A DNA stretch of 58,662 nt, taken from contig JAISSD010000147.1 in assembly GCA_031273295.1 (NCBI GenBank), forward strand, positions 1 to 58,662. Direction: 5' to 3'. How positions within the stretch are numbered: the first letter of the stretch is position 1; each line of letters starts with the position of its first letter. This document shows, piece after piece, positions 44,357 through 53,826 of this stretch. Origin of the DNA: Prevotella sp. Lineage in GTDB: Bacteria > Bacteroidota > Bacteroidia > Bacteroidales > Dysgonomonadaceae. The notes beneath the pieces were generated by a model that saw only the letters and a program-made list of their open reading frames with translations, had not been told where the DNA came from and did not search any database. Made by a program: the position numbers and the translations under genes.

Positions 44357-44718
44357 TTCTTGATATGTGATTGATTATTTGATATTTATGCTTGTCCAAG
44401 GAACTGTTACTAAATAACATGATGATTATTATATTAAAAAATCATGACAGTAAATTTAATTCATAACAGTTCCCAAGGTACCTGGGTAGTTACAAAAATT
44501 GATATTGAAACCGGCATTTGCACCGTATTGCGTTTATAATATAAAAAAACAATATTTTAGATATGATTTCAAATTACTGATACACAATCAAGTATGATTA
44601 TATATTGGCATGTGTTTAACATGAATTTTGCACTCCCTGCCTTTCAGGATGTAATTGCCGGGCATGTTCATTTTACCCGATATGTTATACCGGGCCGGGA
44701 TATGTAAAGATTTCAGCC

Positions 44719-44982
44719 TTACATTCCTATTTGAGTCTTGATATAATGATTTGCGTCGTCTTCCGTCAGAAAATACAATGAACCTCTAAACTCAAACGGG
44801 AACTTTTTGCCGGGTATCCAGACAGGCTTCCGTTCTTTTTTCTCCATCACGAAGTTTTCATAAGTAGTGGGCGTCTGTTCTTTTTCATCGGCATGGCTTA
44901 TCCTATACGTCTTGACTGACAATTTTTTCGGGTCTACTCTGTATAAAATGTCCCCGGATCCTAAAGTTTCTGTTAATTTCAT
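44719..44982 (-). CDS. Hypothetical protein
   Basis: 87 aa ATG ORF with protein-like composition; no recognised family. Confidence 0.5.
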   Translation of the reverse strand: MKLTETLGSGDILYRVDPKKLSVKTYRISHADEKEQTPTTYENFVMEKKERKPVWIPGKKFPFEFRGSLYFLTEDDANHYIKTQIGM

Positions 44983-45343
44983 GCGTATTATAATTTGTTT
45001 TTTTAAGGAGACATGAAACTCGCAACATATTTATGTTCTTCGGCGCAACTTTTGCAAGCCTGTTTCATGGGAGTTCTCGCTATTAATTAAGATGATATAT
45101 CGGGTAATATATTTATTAAATGAAACACGCTTGTAAATTGTTCATGGAATATATTTTCTTTAACATTCAGATTCAGAGGAACGGGGGACGGCTGACAAAA
45201 GCGTTTATAAATCTGTTTTTATTGCTGCGCAAACGAACCCATGCGTGCAGATTTACTAAATTATATTATCTTTGTGCGGGAAATACAGGCAAATTAAGTC
45301 CGGTAATATAGCAGGTATTGATAAATCGCAAAAACAGCTATTA

Positions 45344-46663
45344 ATGAAAATCGCAATTGTTGGCACAGGTTATGTAGGTCTTGTTACAGGGACTTGTTTT
45401 GCAGAAATGGGAACAGAAGTTTATTGCGTTGACATAGACCAAAAGAAGATAGACAATCTGAAGGCCGGCATTATCCCGATTTTTGAACCCGGACTGGACG
45501 AAATGGTGGAACGTAACCACAAAGCAGGCCGGCTACACTTTATAACGGATCTGGGTTCCGTCATCAATGACGTTGATATTGTATTTTCTGCAGTAGGCAC
45601 CCCTTCCGGCGAGGATGGAAGCGCCGACCTTAAATATGTGCTTGAAGTGGCGCGTACAGTGGGCCGGAACCTGAATAAATACATGGTGATTGTTACCAAA
45701 AGCACAGTGCCTGTGGGTACCGCCAAACTGATAAAGAAGACGATACAGGACGAACTGGACAAAAGATCCCTGTCGGGTCTTGAATTCGATGTGGCGTCCA
45801 ATCCGGAATTTTTGAAAGAAGGGGCCGCTATTACAGACTTTATGCAACCCGATCGCGTAGTAGTAGGAGTGGAGTCGGAAGAAGCCCGAAAATTAATGGA
45901 GAAACTCTACAAGCCGTTTACGCTGAATAACTACCGTATTATTTATACGGATATTCCATCGGCTGAAATGATTAAATATGCCGCGAATGCCATGCTTGCC
46001 ACACGTATCAGTTTTATGAACGACATTGCCAACTTGTGTGAGATTGTCGGCGCTGACGTGACTATGGTGCGTAAGGGTATTGGCTCCGACGCGCGTATCG
46101 GTTCCAAATTCCTGTATTCCGGCTGTGGATATGGAGGCAGTTGTTTCCCCAAAGATGTGAAAGCCATCATAAATACAGCCCGCAGACTCGGCTATAAAAT
46201 GGAAATACTGGAAGCCGTGGAAAATGTGAACGAGCGTCAAAAGAATATCCTTTTCGATAAACTGATGAAATATTACAACGGGGATATTAAAGGGAAAACA
46301 ATAGCGGTTTGGGGACTGGCTTTTAAGCCGAAGACAGACGATATGCGCGAGGCTCCGTCTCTCGTTTTGATAGATAAAATACTCAAGGCAGGAGCCGGGG
46401 TGAGGGCATACGACCCGGTGGCGATGAAGGAAGCCAAACTTCACAAACCGGGTAATACTGTTGTGTATGCCAAAGATATATACGATGCAACCCTCGATGC
46501 GGACGCCATACTGATGGTTACCGAGTGGAACGAATTTCGCCTGCCTGCATGGGAAGTTATCAAAAAGACGATGAATAAACCTGTTGTCTTTGACGGGCGC
46601 AATATCTATAATAAACAGGAGATGAACGATCTCGGATTCGATTATTTCGGAATAGGTAATTGA
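45344..46663 (+). CDS. ugd: UDP-glucose 6-dehydrogenase
   Basis: MKIAIVGTGYVGLV, KSTVPVGT, SNPEFLKEG, GYGGSCFPKD, FDGRNIY. Confidence 0.93.
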   Translation: MKIAIVGTGYVGLVTGTCFAEMGTEVYCVDIDQKKIDNLKAGIIPIFEPGLDEMVERNHKAGRLHFITDLGSVINDVDIVFSAVGTPSGEDGSADLKYVLEVARTVGRNLNKYMVIVTKSTVPVGTAKLIKKTIQDELDKRSLSGLEFDVASNPEFLKEGAAITDFMQPDRVVVGVESEEARKLMEKLYKPFTLNNYRIIYTDIPSAEMIKYAANAMLATRISFMNDIANLCEIVGADVTMVRKGIGSDARIGSKFLYSGCGYGGSCFPKDVKAIINTARRLGYKMEILEAVENVNERQKNILFDKLMKYYNGDIKGKTIAVWGLAFKPKTDDMREAPSLVLIDKILKAGAGVRAYDPVAMKEAKLHKPGNTVVYAKDIYDATLDADAILMVTEWNEFRLPAWEVIKKTMNKPVVFDGRNIYNKQEMNDLGFDYFGIGN

Positions 46664-46696
46664 ATTGGCGGATCAGCAAATTTGTAACTGAATAAA

Positions 46697-47368
46697 ATGA
46701 TCGTTGTAGAAGGAATTACAAAAAGTTTTGGCGCACTGAAAGTATTGAAGGGAATAGACTTGCGTGTAGAAAAAGGGGAGATAATATCTATTGTCGGAGC
46801 AAGTGGCGCAGGCAAAACAACCCTTCTGCAAATCATGGGCACATTAGATAAAGCCGATAGTGGAACAGTTTGTATAAACGGCCGGGATCCAAGTAAACCG
46901 GGCGATTCCGGACTTTCCGCTTTCCGCAACAGGAATATCGGGTTTGTGTTTCAATTCCACCAACTTCTGCCTGAATTTACAGCTTTGGAAAATGTAATGA
47001 TTCCGGCTCTGATTGGTAAAGAAAAAGAATCGCGAGCCAAAGCCAAGGCAATGGAGCTTTTTGATATGCTTGGGCTTTTGTCCCGTACAGAACACAAGCC
47101 GAATGAGCTTTCGGGGGGAGAAAAACAGCGTGTGGCCGTAGCCCGCGCCCTGATAAATGATCCTGCCGTTATTCTCGCTGACGAGCCGTCGGGTAGTTTG
47201 GATACCGAAAACAAGGATGAGTTGCACCGGCTGTTTTTCAAATTGCGGGATACACTCGGGCAGACTTTCGTCATTGTAACCCATGACGGGCATCTGGCTT
47301 CCATAACGGACCGTACCATTCACATGAAAGATGGTATGATTGTAGAAAACCAGCCTGAAATTTTATAG
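46697..47368 (+). CDS. ABC transporter ATP-binding protein, LolD-like
   Basis: [36 protein letters not shown]. Confidence 0.9.
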   Translation: MIVVEGITKSFGALKVLKGIDLRVEKGEIISIVGASGAGKTTLLQIMGTLDKADSGTVCINGRDPSKPGDSGLSAFRNRNIGFVFQFHQLLPEFTALENVMIPALIGKEKESRAKAKAMELFDMLGLLSRTEHKPNELSGGEKQRVAVARALINDPAVILADEPSGSLDTENKDELHRLFFKLRDTLGQTFVIVTHDGHLASITDRTIHMKDGMIVENQPEIL

Positions 47369-48490
47369 ATGGATACTCTTGCCGATAAACGCCTTTACCG
47401 GATTGCCTTTACCCTGATACCGGGGATAGGCGACATTACTGCGCGCAATCTATTGCAGATAATGGGAGACGAGGAGGCAATATTCAAATCGGGGAAAAAA
47501 GCCTTGTTGGGAATTCAGGGGCTTTCTCCCAAACTGGTCAATGAGATATTGAACCCCGAAGTCCTTTTCAAAGCGGAAAAAGAACTTGAATTTGTAGAGA
47601 AGAACAATATTTCCATCTGTTTTATTAGCGACAAGGATTATCCGTACCGGCTGAAAGAATGCGCTGACGCCCCTGTTCTTTTTTATTTCAAAGGGAAAAC
47701 CAATCTCAATGCAGACAAAATAATCAGCATTGTGGGTACCCGCAACTCAACAACTTATGGAAATGGCTTTTGCGATTCGTTTCTGGAAAAAATTTCGGAA
47801 ATATTGCCGAATACGCTTATAGTCAGCGGCCTTGCTTATGGGATAGATATACATGCCCACAGAGCGGCCCTTAAATATAATTTGCCCACGGTGGGCGTTT
47901 TGGCTCATGGATTGGATATTATCTATCCGTCTGTGCATCGCCAGACAGCGATGGAAATACTTGAACAGGGAGGGCTGTTGTCCGAGTTTCCCGGTAAAAC
48001 CGAGCCTGAACGTTTTAACTTTGTTCGCCGCAACCGCATTGTGGCGGGTATGGCCGATACGGTTATTGTGGTGGAGTCGGACGAGAAGGGCGGTTCGCTG
48101 ATAACCGCCGAAATCGCGAATTCGTATTGCAAAGATATTTTTGCCGTACCCGGCAGGATAACGGACAGATATTCACGTGGATGCAATAAATTAATAGCTT
48201 CTCACAAGGCGGATCTGTTTCAGTCGACAGAGTATTTTCTTCAACAAATGGGATGGGACGAGGAATCGCGGAAAAAGCAGAAAATGCCGCGTCAACAGAA
48301 CTTGTTTTTGGTATTGACAGGTGAAGAACAAACTGTTGTGGATAAACTGGCGACTGTTGAATCACTACATATAGACCAGCTTGCCAGAGAGCTGGATATT
48401 CCGGCCTATCGCCTGTTCGCCACTCTTCTTGAGCTGGAGATGAAAGGGGCGATAAAAAATCTTCCGGGAAATATGTATGCGTTGAAGTAA
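47369..48490 (+). CDS. dprA: DNA-processing protein DprA
   Basis: SIVGTR, VSGLAYGID, RRNRIVAG, GGSLITA, FAVPGR, C-terminal winged helix. Confidence 0.95.
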   Translation: MDTLADKRLYRIAFTLIPGIGDITARNLLQIMGDEEAIFKSGKKALLGIQGLSPKLVNEILNPEVLFKAEKELEFVEKNNISICFISDKDYPYRLKECADAPVLFYFKGKTNLNADKIISIVGTRNSTTYGNGFCDSFLEKISEILPNTLIVSGLAYGIDIHAHRAALKYNLPTVGVLAHGLDIIYPSVHRQTAMEILEQGGLLSEFPGKTEPERFNFVRRNRIVAGMADTVIVVESDEKGGSLITAEIANSYCKDIFAVPGRITDRYSRGCNKLIASHKADLFQSTEYFLQQMGWDEESRKKQKMPRQQNLFLVLTGEEQTVVDKLATVESLHIDQLARELDIPAYRLFATLLELEMKGAIKNLPGNMYALK

Positions 48491-48565
48491 TGACCGAAAA
48501 CTAAAAAACGGGAACGAATGATCACCGTTTCCCTGATTTATTATACTTGTAAATATAGTTGTGGA

Positions 48566-49441
48566 ATGGATCGGCAGATGACATTATTCGATTTTGATGA
48601 GGAAAGTACCGGAAACGGCATTGTCAATGTTGCATCTGTACCTCAGCGCAGTCCATTCCGTTATCCGGGAGGGAAAACATGGATTATTCCCGTTGTCCGT
48701 CAATGGATACGGCAGGAGAATAAACCGGTAGCTGAATTGATCGAACCTTTTGCCGGTGGCGGAATTGTAAGTCTCACCGCTGCATTTGAAGGATTGGCGA
48801 GCCATATTACAATGGTTGAACGGGATGAAGAAATTGCCGCAGTATGGGAGGTAATGCTGAATGGAGAAAATAAATGGCTTGCCGATAAAATCTTTTCTTA
48901 CAACCTGACTGTTGACAACGTAAAATCGGAATTGGATAAACCGGACAAACAGCTGCATGACATAGCATTTTGTACCATTCTCAAAAACCGGATTTTTCAT
49001 GGCGGCATTCTTGCCAAAGGTTCGGGGATGACTAAAAACGGTGAAAACGGGAAAGGCATCGCCTCTCGCCCTAAAACTTTACGGGACAGAATTATCGCGA
49101 TCGGGTATATTAAAGACAAAATCAATTTTATTACAGGGGATGCTTTTGATATATTGGAGCAAAACAAGAACAACGATAAATCTTTTTTCTTTATCGACCC
49201 TCCTTATACTGTTGCAGGTAAAAGGCTTTACACCTATTTCGATATAGACCACGAACGTTTATTTGCTTTAATATCCGTATTAAAAGGTAAATTCATGCTT
49301 ACTTACGATAATACTGATGAAATAAGGCAATTGGCGGACAGGTACAATCTTCAATATAAAACCATCCCCATGAAAACCACTCATCATCTGGAAAAAAAAG
49401 AAATAGTTATCTCGGATAATTTTTCATGGTGGAAAAAATAA
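48566..49441 (+). CDS. Dam/D12-class N6-adenine DNA methyltransferase
   Basis: SPFRYPGGKTW, EPFAGGG, FFIDPPY. Confidence 0.88.
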   Translation: MDRQMTLFDFDEESTGNGIVNVASVPQRSPFRYPGGKTWIIPVVRQWIRQENKPVAELIEPFAGGGIVSLTAAFEGLASHITMVERDEEIAAVWEVMLNGENKWLADKIFSYNLTVDNVKSELDKPDKQLHDIAFCTILKNRIFHGGILAKGSGMTKNGENGKGIASRPKTLRDRIIAIGYIKDKINFITGDAFDILEQNKNNDKSFFFIDPPYTVAGKRLYTYFDIDHERLFALISVLKGKFMLTYDNTDEIRQLADRYNLQYKTIPMKTTHHLEKKEIVISDNFSWWKK

Positions 49442-49589
49442 GGATTTGCAAATCGTCTCTTCCCTGTCAACTCCTCGAAGAACGTCTCCCGGTAGGTTGC
49501 CAGACTCCTCCTCATGCGATTTGATAAATACGTCGTTATTGTAGAATGAATCAATCCGCTCTTCCACTATACAGGAAGAGTGGATACGA

Positions 49590-49790
49590 TCGCAAACAGG
49601 TGCGCCCCTGCGGTTTTGCGAGATATTACATGCAATTTGTCCATATTCGTTCAAAATCATTTCTCTGTCCGTTATTTTCACTTTTCCGAAACGGCATACT
49701 GTCTTGACAGCATGAAGTCCGCTAATAATCGTCAAGGCATAGCGTCTGGTTAAGGCTGGAAGTCTTTCATATCCCAGCCAGACATGGCAT
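49590..49790 (-). pseudogene. REP-associated tyrosine transposase (RAYT) N-terminal remnant with adjacent REP-like motif
   Basis: Peptide VCRFGKVKITDREMILNEYGQIA resembles the RAYT CLFG.I..GEM.LNEYG.IA segment; followed on the minus strand by GCAGGGGCGCACCTGTTTGCG. Confidence 0.55.
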
Positions 49791-49850
49791 GTCGGGTAAA
49801 ATGAACATGTCTGGCAATTACGTCCTGAAAAGGACAATATAATAAATATC

Positions 49851-50413
49851 AAAAACGGCCTCTTAGTTCTGTTTCCGTATCGAATTCCGATAATTGAATA
49901 TAAAAAGGCGGAAATCTGTAATCGATTATCCGGGCAAACAAAATATCTTTGTTGTATAGAGTGGATTAAAGAATTAACCGTTGTTAACGTTCTAAAATCA
50001 TATTATCTCGCATGCATAAAACAACAGCGACAGCCGGAGCAGTACTTCGAAAAACCTTTACCCGTTTCTTCGGGCAGGGTGTTTCTTCGCTGTTCTTTCG
50101 GACTTGTATTCCGAAAGTCAATATTATCAGGCCTTACGCTTCGTATAGACAGATTGCAGGTGGCGATATGGAAAACAGCCTCTTTGTCCGGTCTTTGTTC
50201 CGAATTCCGATAATTGAATATAGAAAGGCGGAAATCTGTAACCGATTATCCGGGCAAACAAAATACCTTTGCTGCATAGAGTAGATTCAAAATTAACCGT
50301 TGTTAACGTTCTAAAATCATATTATCTCGCATGAATAAGACAATATCGGTAGCCGGATCAGTACATCGAAAAGCGTTTTCCCGTTTCTTCGGGCAGGGTG
50401 TTTCTTCGCTGTT
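49851..50413 (+). repeat. ~240 bp tandem duplication (49851-50094 / 50171-50413) of a promoter plus gene start
   Basis: Both copies carry CGAATTCCGATAATTGAATATA.AAAGGCGGAAATCTGTAA, TA(T/C)CTTTG and ATG...FFGQGVSSL. Confidence 0.9.
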
Positions 50414-50769
50414 ACGGAGCTGTAATGCCGGTGGTACAGGACAATCGATGGCAGACGCCTTTTTTCGTTTTTTTCTGGCAATGCCTGTCATCCTGTTCTC
50501 CCTGTTACCGGTCTTGTCGCCGGCACAGGGTCTTCCGGTCGCCGGAACAAAGGCTACCGGAACCAGTCATATCGATCCTTATGCTCCCAAGGTATTTTAC
50601 TTTCCTTTCGGCAGTTCGGCTTTGCTGCGGGATTACGCCGATAACCGCAGGATGTTTGAGGCTTTGGACTCTCTATTGCGTACAGAAGAGATTGTTTCAG
50701 CTATCGACACTGTCCAGATACTCGCCGGCTGTTCGCCTGTCGGGTAGCGAGGGATACATTAGGAATTAA
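50331..50769 (+). pseudogene. Truncated OmpA-like (DUF3575/DUF3868-type) fimbrial-operon protein
   Basis: Signal-like segment, then FYFPFGSSALLRDYADNRRMFEALDSLL...IDTVQILAGCSPVG; continues as SEGY in another frame and then stops. Confidence 0.6.
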
Positions 50770-50866
50770 GAATCAAGAAAAAAATTAAAAATTAAAAATT
50801 AAGAATGCAGAATGTCGAAATTAATTAAGAATTAGGAAATTAATGAAGAATTGGGAATTACGGAAT
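50761..50866 (+). repeat. Degenerate heptamer array (AATTAAG / AATTAGG / AATTAAA)
   Basis: GAATTAAGAATCAAG...AATTAAAAATTAAAAATTAAGAATG...AATTAAGAATTAGG. Confidence 0.6.
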
Positions 50867-50905
50867 CAATGAGAAATAAAGATATAAAATCAAAAATACG
50901 GATAT

Positions 50906-50930
50906 GTAGAGACGTGGCGTGCCACATCTC
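50906..50930 (+). repeat. GTAG-type REP palindrome
   Basis: GTAGAGACGTGGCGTGCCACATCTC. Confidence 0.65.
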
Positions 50931-51077
50931 CGATAAAAAGCACGGAAAACAGCAGGACGTGTATCACATCTTGCATGCTTTCGACAATTGCCATCAAGAA
51001 AAGGAATTCGTTCGGGAATTATCCCGGCTTATATATTATTGTTTAATTATTAATTTATTAACTTAAAAAAGAGAGTT

Positions 51078-53267
51078 ATGATTACAAAAAGACGAAATTT
51101 CGTTTTCCGGTATTTGCCGGGTTTGTTCTTGTCCGGGCTGTTGCTTTTGTCAGGTTGTTCGCAGGATGATGTTTCTGACGTTCCTGCAGGTTCTAGTGCT
51201 ATTAGCTTCAGGGCTCAGGGCGGTATGTCTTCCTTGAAGGCTACAACTACTGGCGCTGATTACATCAGGAGTTTTGCGGTCAATGCACATTACGGCCAAT
51301 ATGATGCTACCGGTAAATTCCTGATCGAGGGCGCTACTGTTTATCGCGGCGAGGGCGGCGGTAATAGCTGGACTTATTCTCCTCAGGCTTACTTCCCGAC
51401 AGAAGACAAGGGCGCCGTTGAGTTCTTCGCTTATTCACCTTCGGGCAGTGAAAACGTGAAGGCCGGTCTAAAGGCTGCAACCGATGCCACCCAGACCATC
51501 ACTTATGAAGTTTCCGTCCCGAACGGTTCTGCCACATCCCAGGAGGACTTGCTCGTCGCTCGCCAGACAGTGGAGTACAGCAGCGTGAATAGCGCTTACC
51601 CAAGCGCTGCAGTTGGCTTGCAGTTCCATCATGCCCTGTCGCGTATTCTGGTTGCAGCCTCTTCCAGTCTCGGTCAGGAAGTGCCAGTCGTGATTACAGG
51701 CCTGGCGTTGAAGAACCTGTATTCCAAAGGCGACTTGTCGTTGTCCTCAAGTAATATTCCTGTTACGGGAGGTTGGGGTTATGCCGACAATACTCCCGGC
51801 GCCAAAGTTTTGTGGACGAATGATACAGAGGCATCTACCATTAAAGATTACGCATACAGTCTGCCAGCTTCCGGGGTTCATGTCGGTGAAACACCCGCAA
51901 CAGTCACCGGTGACGACCAGGGGATTTTCATCTTGCCTCAGGCAACCATAGGTGCGGATGTTACAAATGCCGACCGCGATGGCGAGTTCGGTTTGGAGAT
52001 ATCTTATACGATCAATGGCAACGAGGCTTCGTCTCAAGCTTTCGTTCAGTTCTCCGACCTGGTCAGCAGCTCTTCCACAGCAAGCGTCACCTTCGAGATA
52101 GGCCGTCAGTACGTATTGAATTTGACATTCGGCGCTGGTTCGGGTACCGGTGGTGGCGGCGATACTCCCGGAGGTACCGATCCTGACATTAACATCGGGG
52201 CCAAAATCAGCTTCAGCGATCTTGAGGTTGATCCTTATCCCGATAACATACAGGCTCCGCCACCGCCTCCTGTACCTTATCCTCATGAACCTGTGATCTG
52301 GTCCCAGTCTAACATCTATTATGACGAGACTGCGGATGCAGCTACAAACGTGGGTGCATTGACTTTCTCGGAGACTGCCGACCATAATCTTTACCAGGGA
52401 ATTTACTTCAGGTGGGGTAGTTTGGTCGGCGTTTCCGCAAGTGCAAACATGAGTAGTTTCAGCAATGTCGACTACTTGTTTATCCCGGATGTAGATGGTG
52501 ACGGGTTGTATCACAAGGTACAGATTTCGGCTCTTGCGACTCACTCTGATTTGACCGATGTCATCGGTCTCTTTAAAGCCTCTCTTGCTCTTGCGCCAGC
52601 AGTCTGGACTAATGTCGCAAGCGGTGATACCGATGCGTTGACTGCCTTGTGGACTGCTCTTCCTTACGCCACTAGCACCGACGTTATTCCCGTCTCTCCC
52701 GTTTCTGCCACCGGAAGGACAGAACGGGACGACAATGCCTTGACAACAGAATCTGCTTCCCTGTACAGTTCTTACAAGGGCGACGTATGTAAATACCTGG
52801 TCGACAAGAGTTCTACTAACGGTAACAGTTTCTCGAATACAACCTGGCGTTTGCCTACTTCCAGCGAGTTCGGTCTCAAACCCGCTGGCAATCACACCAA
52901 TAGTGATGCCGTTAACGGTATTACCATCGGCGATTACTTCACTAAATGGGTTTACGATGATTACAGTAGCGTTTCTTTCACTGGCGGCATTCTTGAAGAC
53001 GGTACAGACTCCATGATAGGGAATCATTATTGTACTTTGAACTGGGTATATGAGAACACCGACAAGCCGGACTTTCCCGCTTCAGGGAACCGCGGCAGCG
53101 ACAATGGCGGCCTGAGCTACGGCAACAACGGCAACTTCTGGTCGTCGTCAGCCTACGGTACGTCGTTCGCGTACAACCTGTTCTTCAGCAGTAGCAGCGT
53201 GAACCCGGACGGCAACGGCAACCGGTCGAACGGTCGTAGCGTTAGGTGTGTCAGGCCCGGAGAATAA
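51078..53267 (+). CDS. Fimbrillin (Mfa1-like/type V pilin) lipoprotein with C-terminal CLec-type variable domain; DGR target
   Basis: Lipobox LSGC; WTYSPQAYFP, VEFFAYSP, QEDLLVA, LQFHHALSRI; Gly/Pro linker; C-domain YFRWGS, WRLPT..EF, FPASGNR, NFWSSS, GRSVRCV. Confidence 0.88.
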   Translation: MITKRRNFVFRYLPGLFLSGLLLLSGCSQDDVSDVPAGSSAISFRAQGGMSSLKATTTGADYIRSFAVNAHYGQYDATGKFLIEGATVYRGEGGGNSWTYSPQAYFPTEDKGAVEFFAYSPSGSENVKAGLKAATDATQTITYEVSVPNGSATSQEDLLVARQTVEYSSVNSAYPSAAVGLQFHHALSRILVAASSSLGQEVPVVITGLALKNLYSKGDLSLSSSNIPVTGGWGYADNTPGAKVLWTNDTEASTIKDYAYSLPASGVHVGETPATVTGDDQGIFILPQATIGADVTNADRDGEFGLEISYTINGNEASSQAFVQFSDLVSSSSTASVTFEIGRQYVLNLTFGAGSGTGGGGDTPGGTDPDINIGAKISFSDLEVDPYPDNIQAPPPPPVPYPHEPVIWSQSNIYYDETADAATNVGALTFSETADHNLYQGIYFRWGSLVGVSASANMSSFSNVDYLFIPDVDGDGLYHKVQISALATHSDLTDVIGLFKASLALAPAVWTNVASGDTDALTALWTALPYATSTDVIPVSPVSATGRTERDDNALTTESASLYSSYKGDVCKYLVDKSSTNGNSFSNTTWRLPTSSEFGLKPAGNHTNSDAVNGITIGDYFTKWVYDDYSSVSFTGGILEDGTDSMIGNHYCTLNWVYENTDKPDFPASGNRGSDNGGLSYGNNGNFWSSSAYGTSFAYNLFFSSSSVNPDGNGNRSNGRSVRCVRPGE
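53085..53255 (+). repeat. DGR variable region (VR)
   Basis: 57 codons aligning with 53827-54003; TR AAC codons appear as GGC, AGC, TAC, TTC or GAC. Confidence 0.88.
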
Positions 53268-53354
53268 GCGCCCTTAAGGCGCGCATCCGATTCATTTGAT
53301 TTATTACCTTCCCGCATTTAAGAGCGGGAAGGTTTGAATACCGCCTTTAAGGCG
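53268..53354 (+). other. Three hairpins directly after the VR stop (candidate DGR target-recognition cruciform / terminator)
   Basis: GCGCC-CTTAA-GGCGC; ACCTTCCCGC-ATTTAAGA-GCGGGAAGGT; CGCC-TTTAA-GGCG. Confidence 0.7.
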
Positions 53355-53527
53355 TTCGAAATTTTTTTCGCTCCGGTTATGTCAAAGGAAGTTAACCATT
53401 TAACAATGTTTAACAGAATGAATTAATATTGAATAGCAAGTGCATGGGTGAAGAGTGTAATATGGAGGAGAAATTGCGCCGGGAGTTCTGCCGGGCCGCA
53501 AGCTCCGGCAGAAGAGTGGTTAATACT

Positions 53528-53812
53528 GTCTGAACACGATTTAAAGGATTAAAGGATTACAGGATTTTCATATGATAATAATTTTGTTTTCAATTGACAT
53601 ATGGAACTTGCATGATTTTTATTATCACGGACTTTGGTGATTTGACAAAAATCATGCTTCGTTTCCTGATTGTGTCCGTAAAGAATTGTTACTGAATAAT
53701 ATGACTGTTATTGCATTACAAACGCATGTTTTACAATGTATTAAAAATTATTGCAGTCAATTTGATCCGCAGCAATTCCTGAATCCTTGAATCATATAAA
53801 TCGTGTTCTGAC
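53528..53812. mobile_element. ~285 bp element bounded by ~39 bp imperfect inverted repeats, abutting the TR 5' end
   Basis: GTCTGAACACGATTTAAAGGATTAAAGGATTACAGGATT versus reverse complement GTCAGAACACGATTTATATGATTCAAGGATTCAGGAATT. Confidence 0.65.
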
Positions 53813-53826
53813 TTTTCCCTGTTTTC

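Noticed and set aside
51747-53027. 426 aa antisense ORF
   Set aside because: Shadow of the fimbrillin gene caused by codon bias; no recognisable domain.
53443-53533. avd remnant (MEEKLRREF...)
   Set aside because: Only ~29 codons with faint resemblance; not supportable without a profile search.
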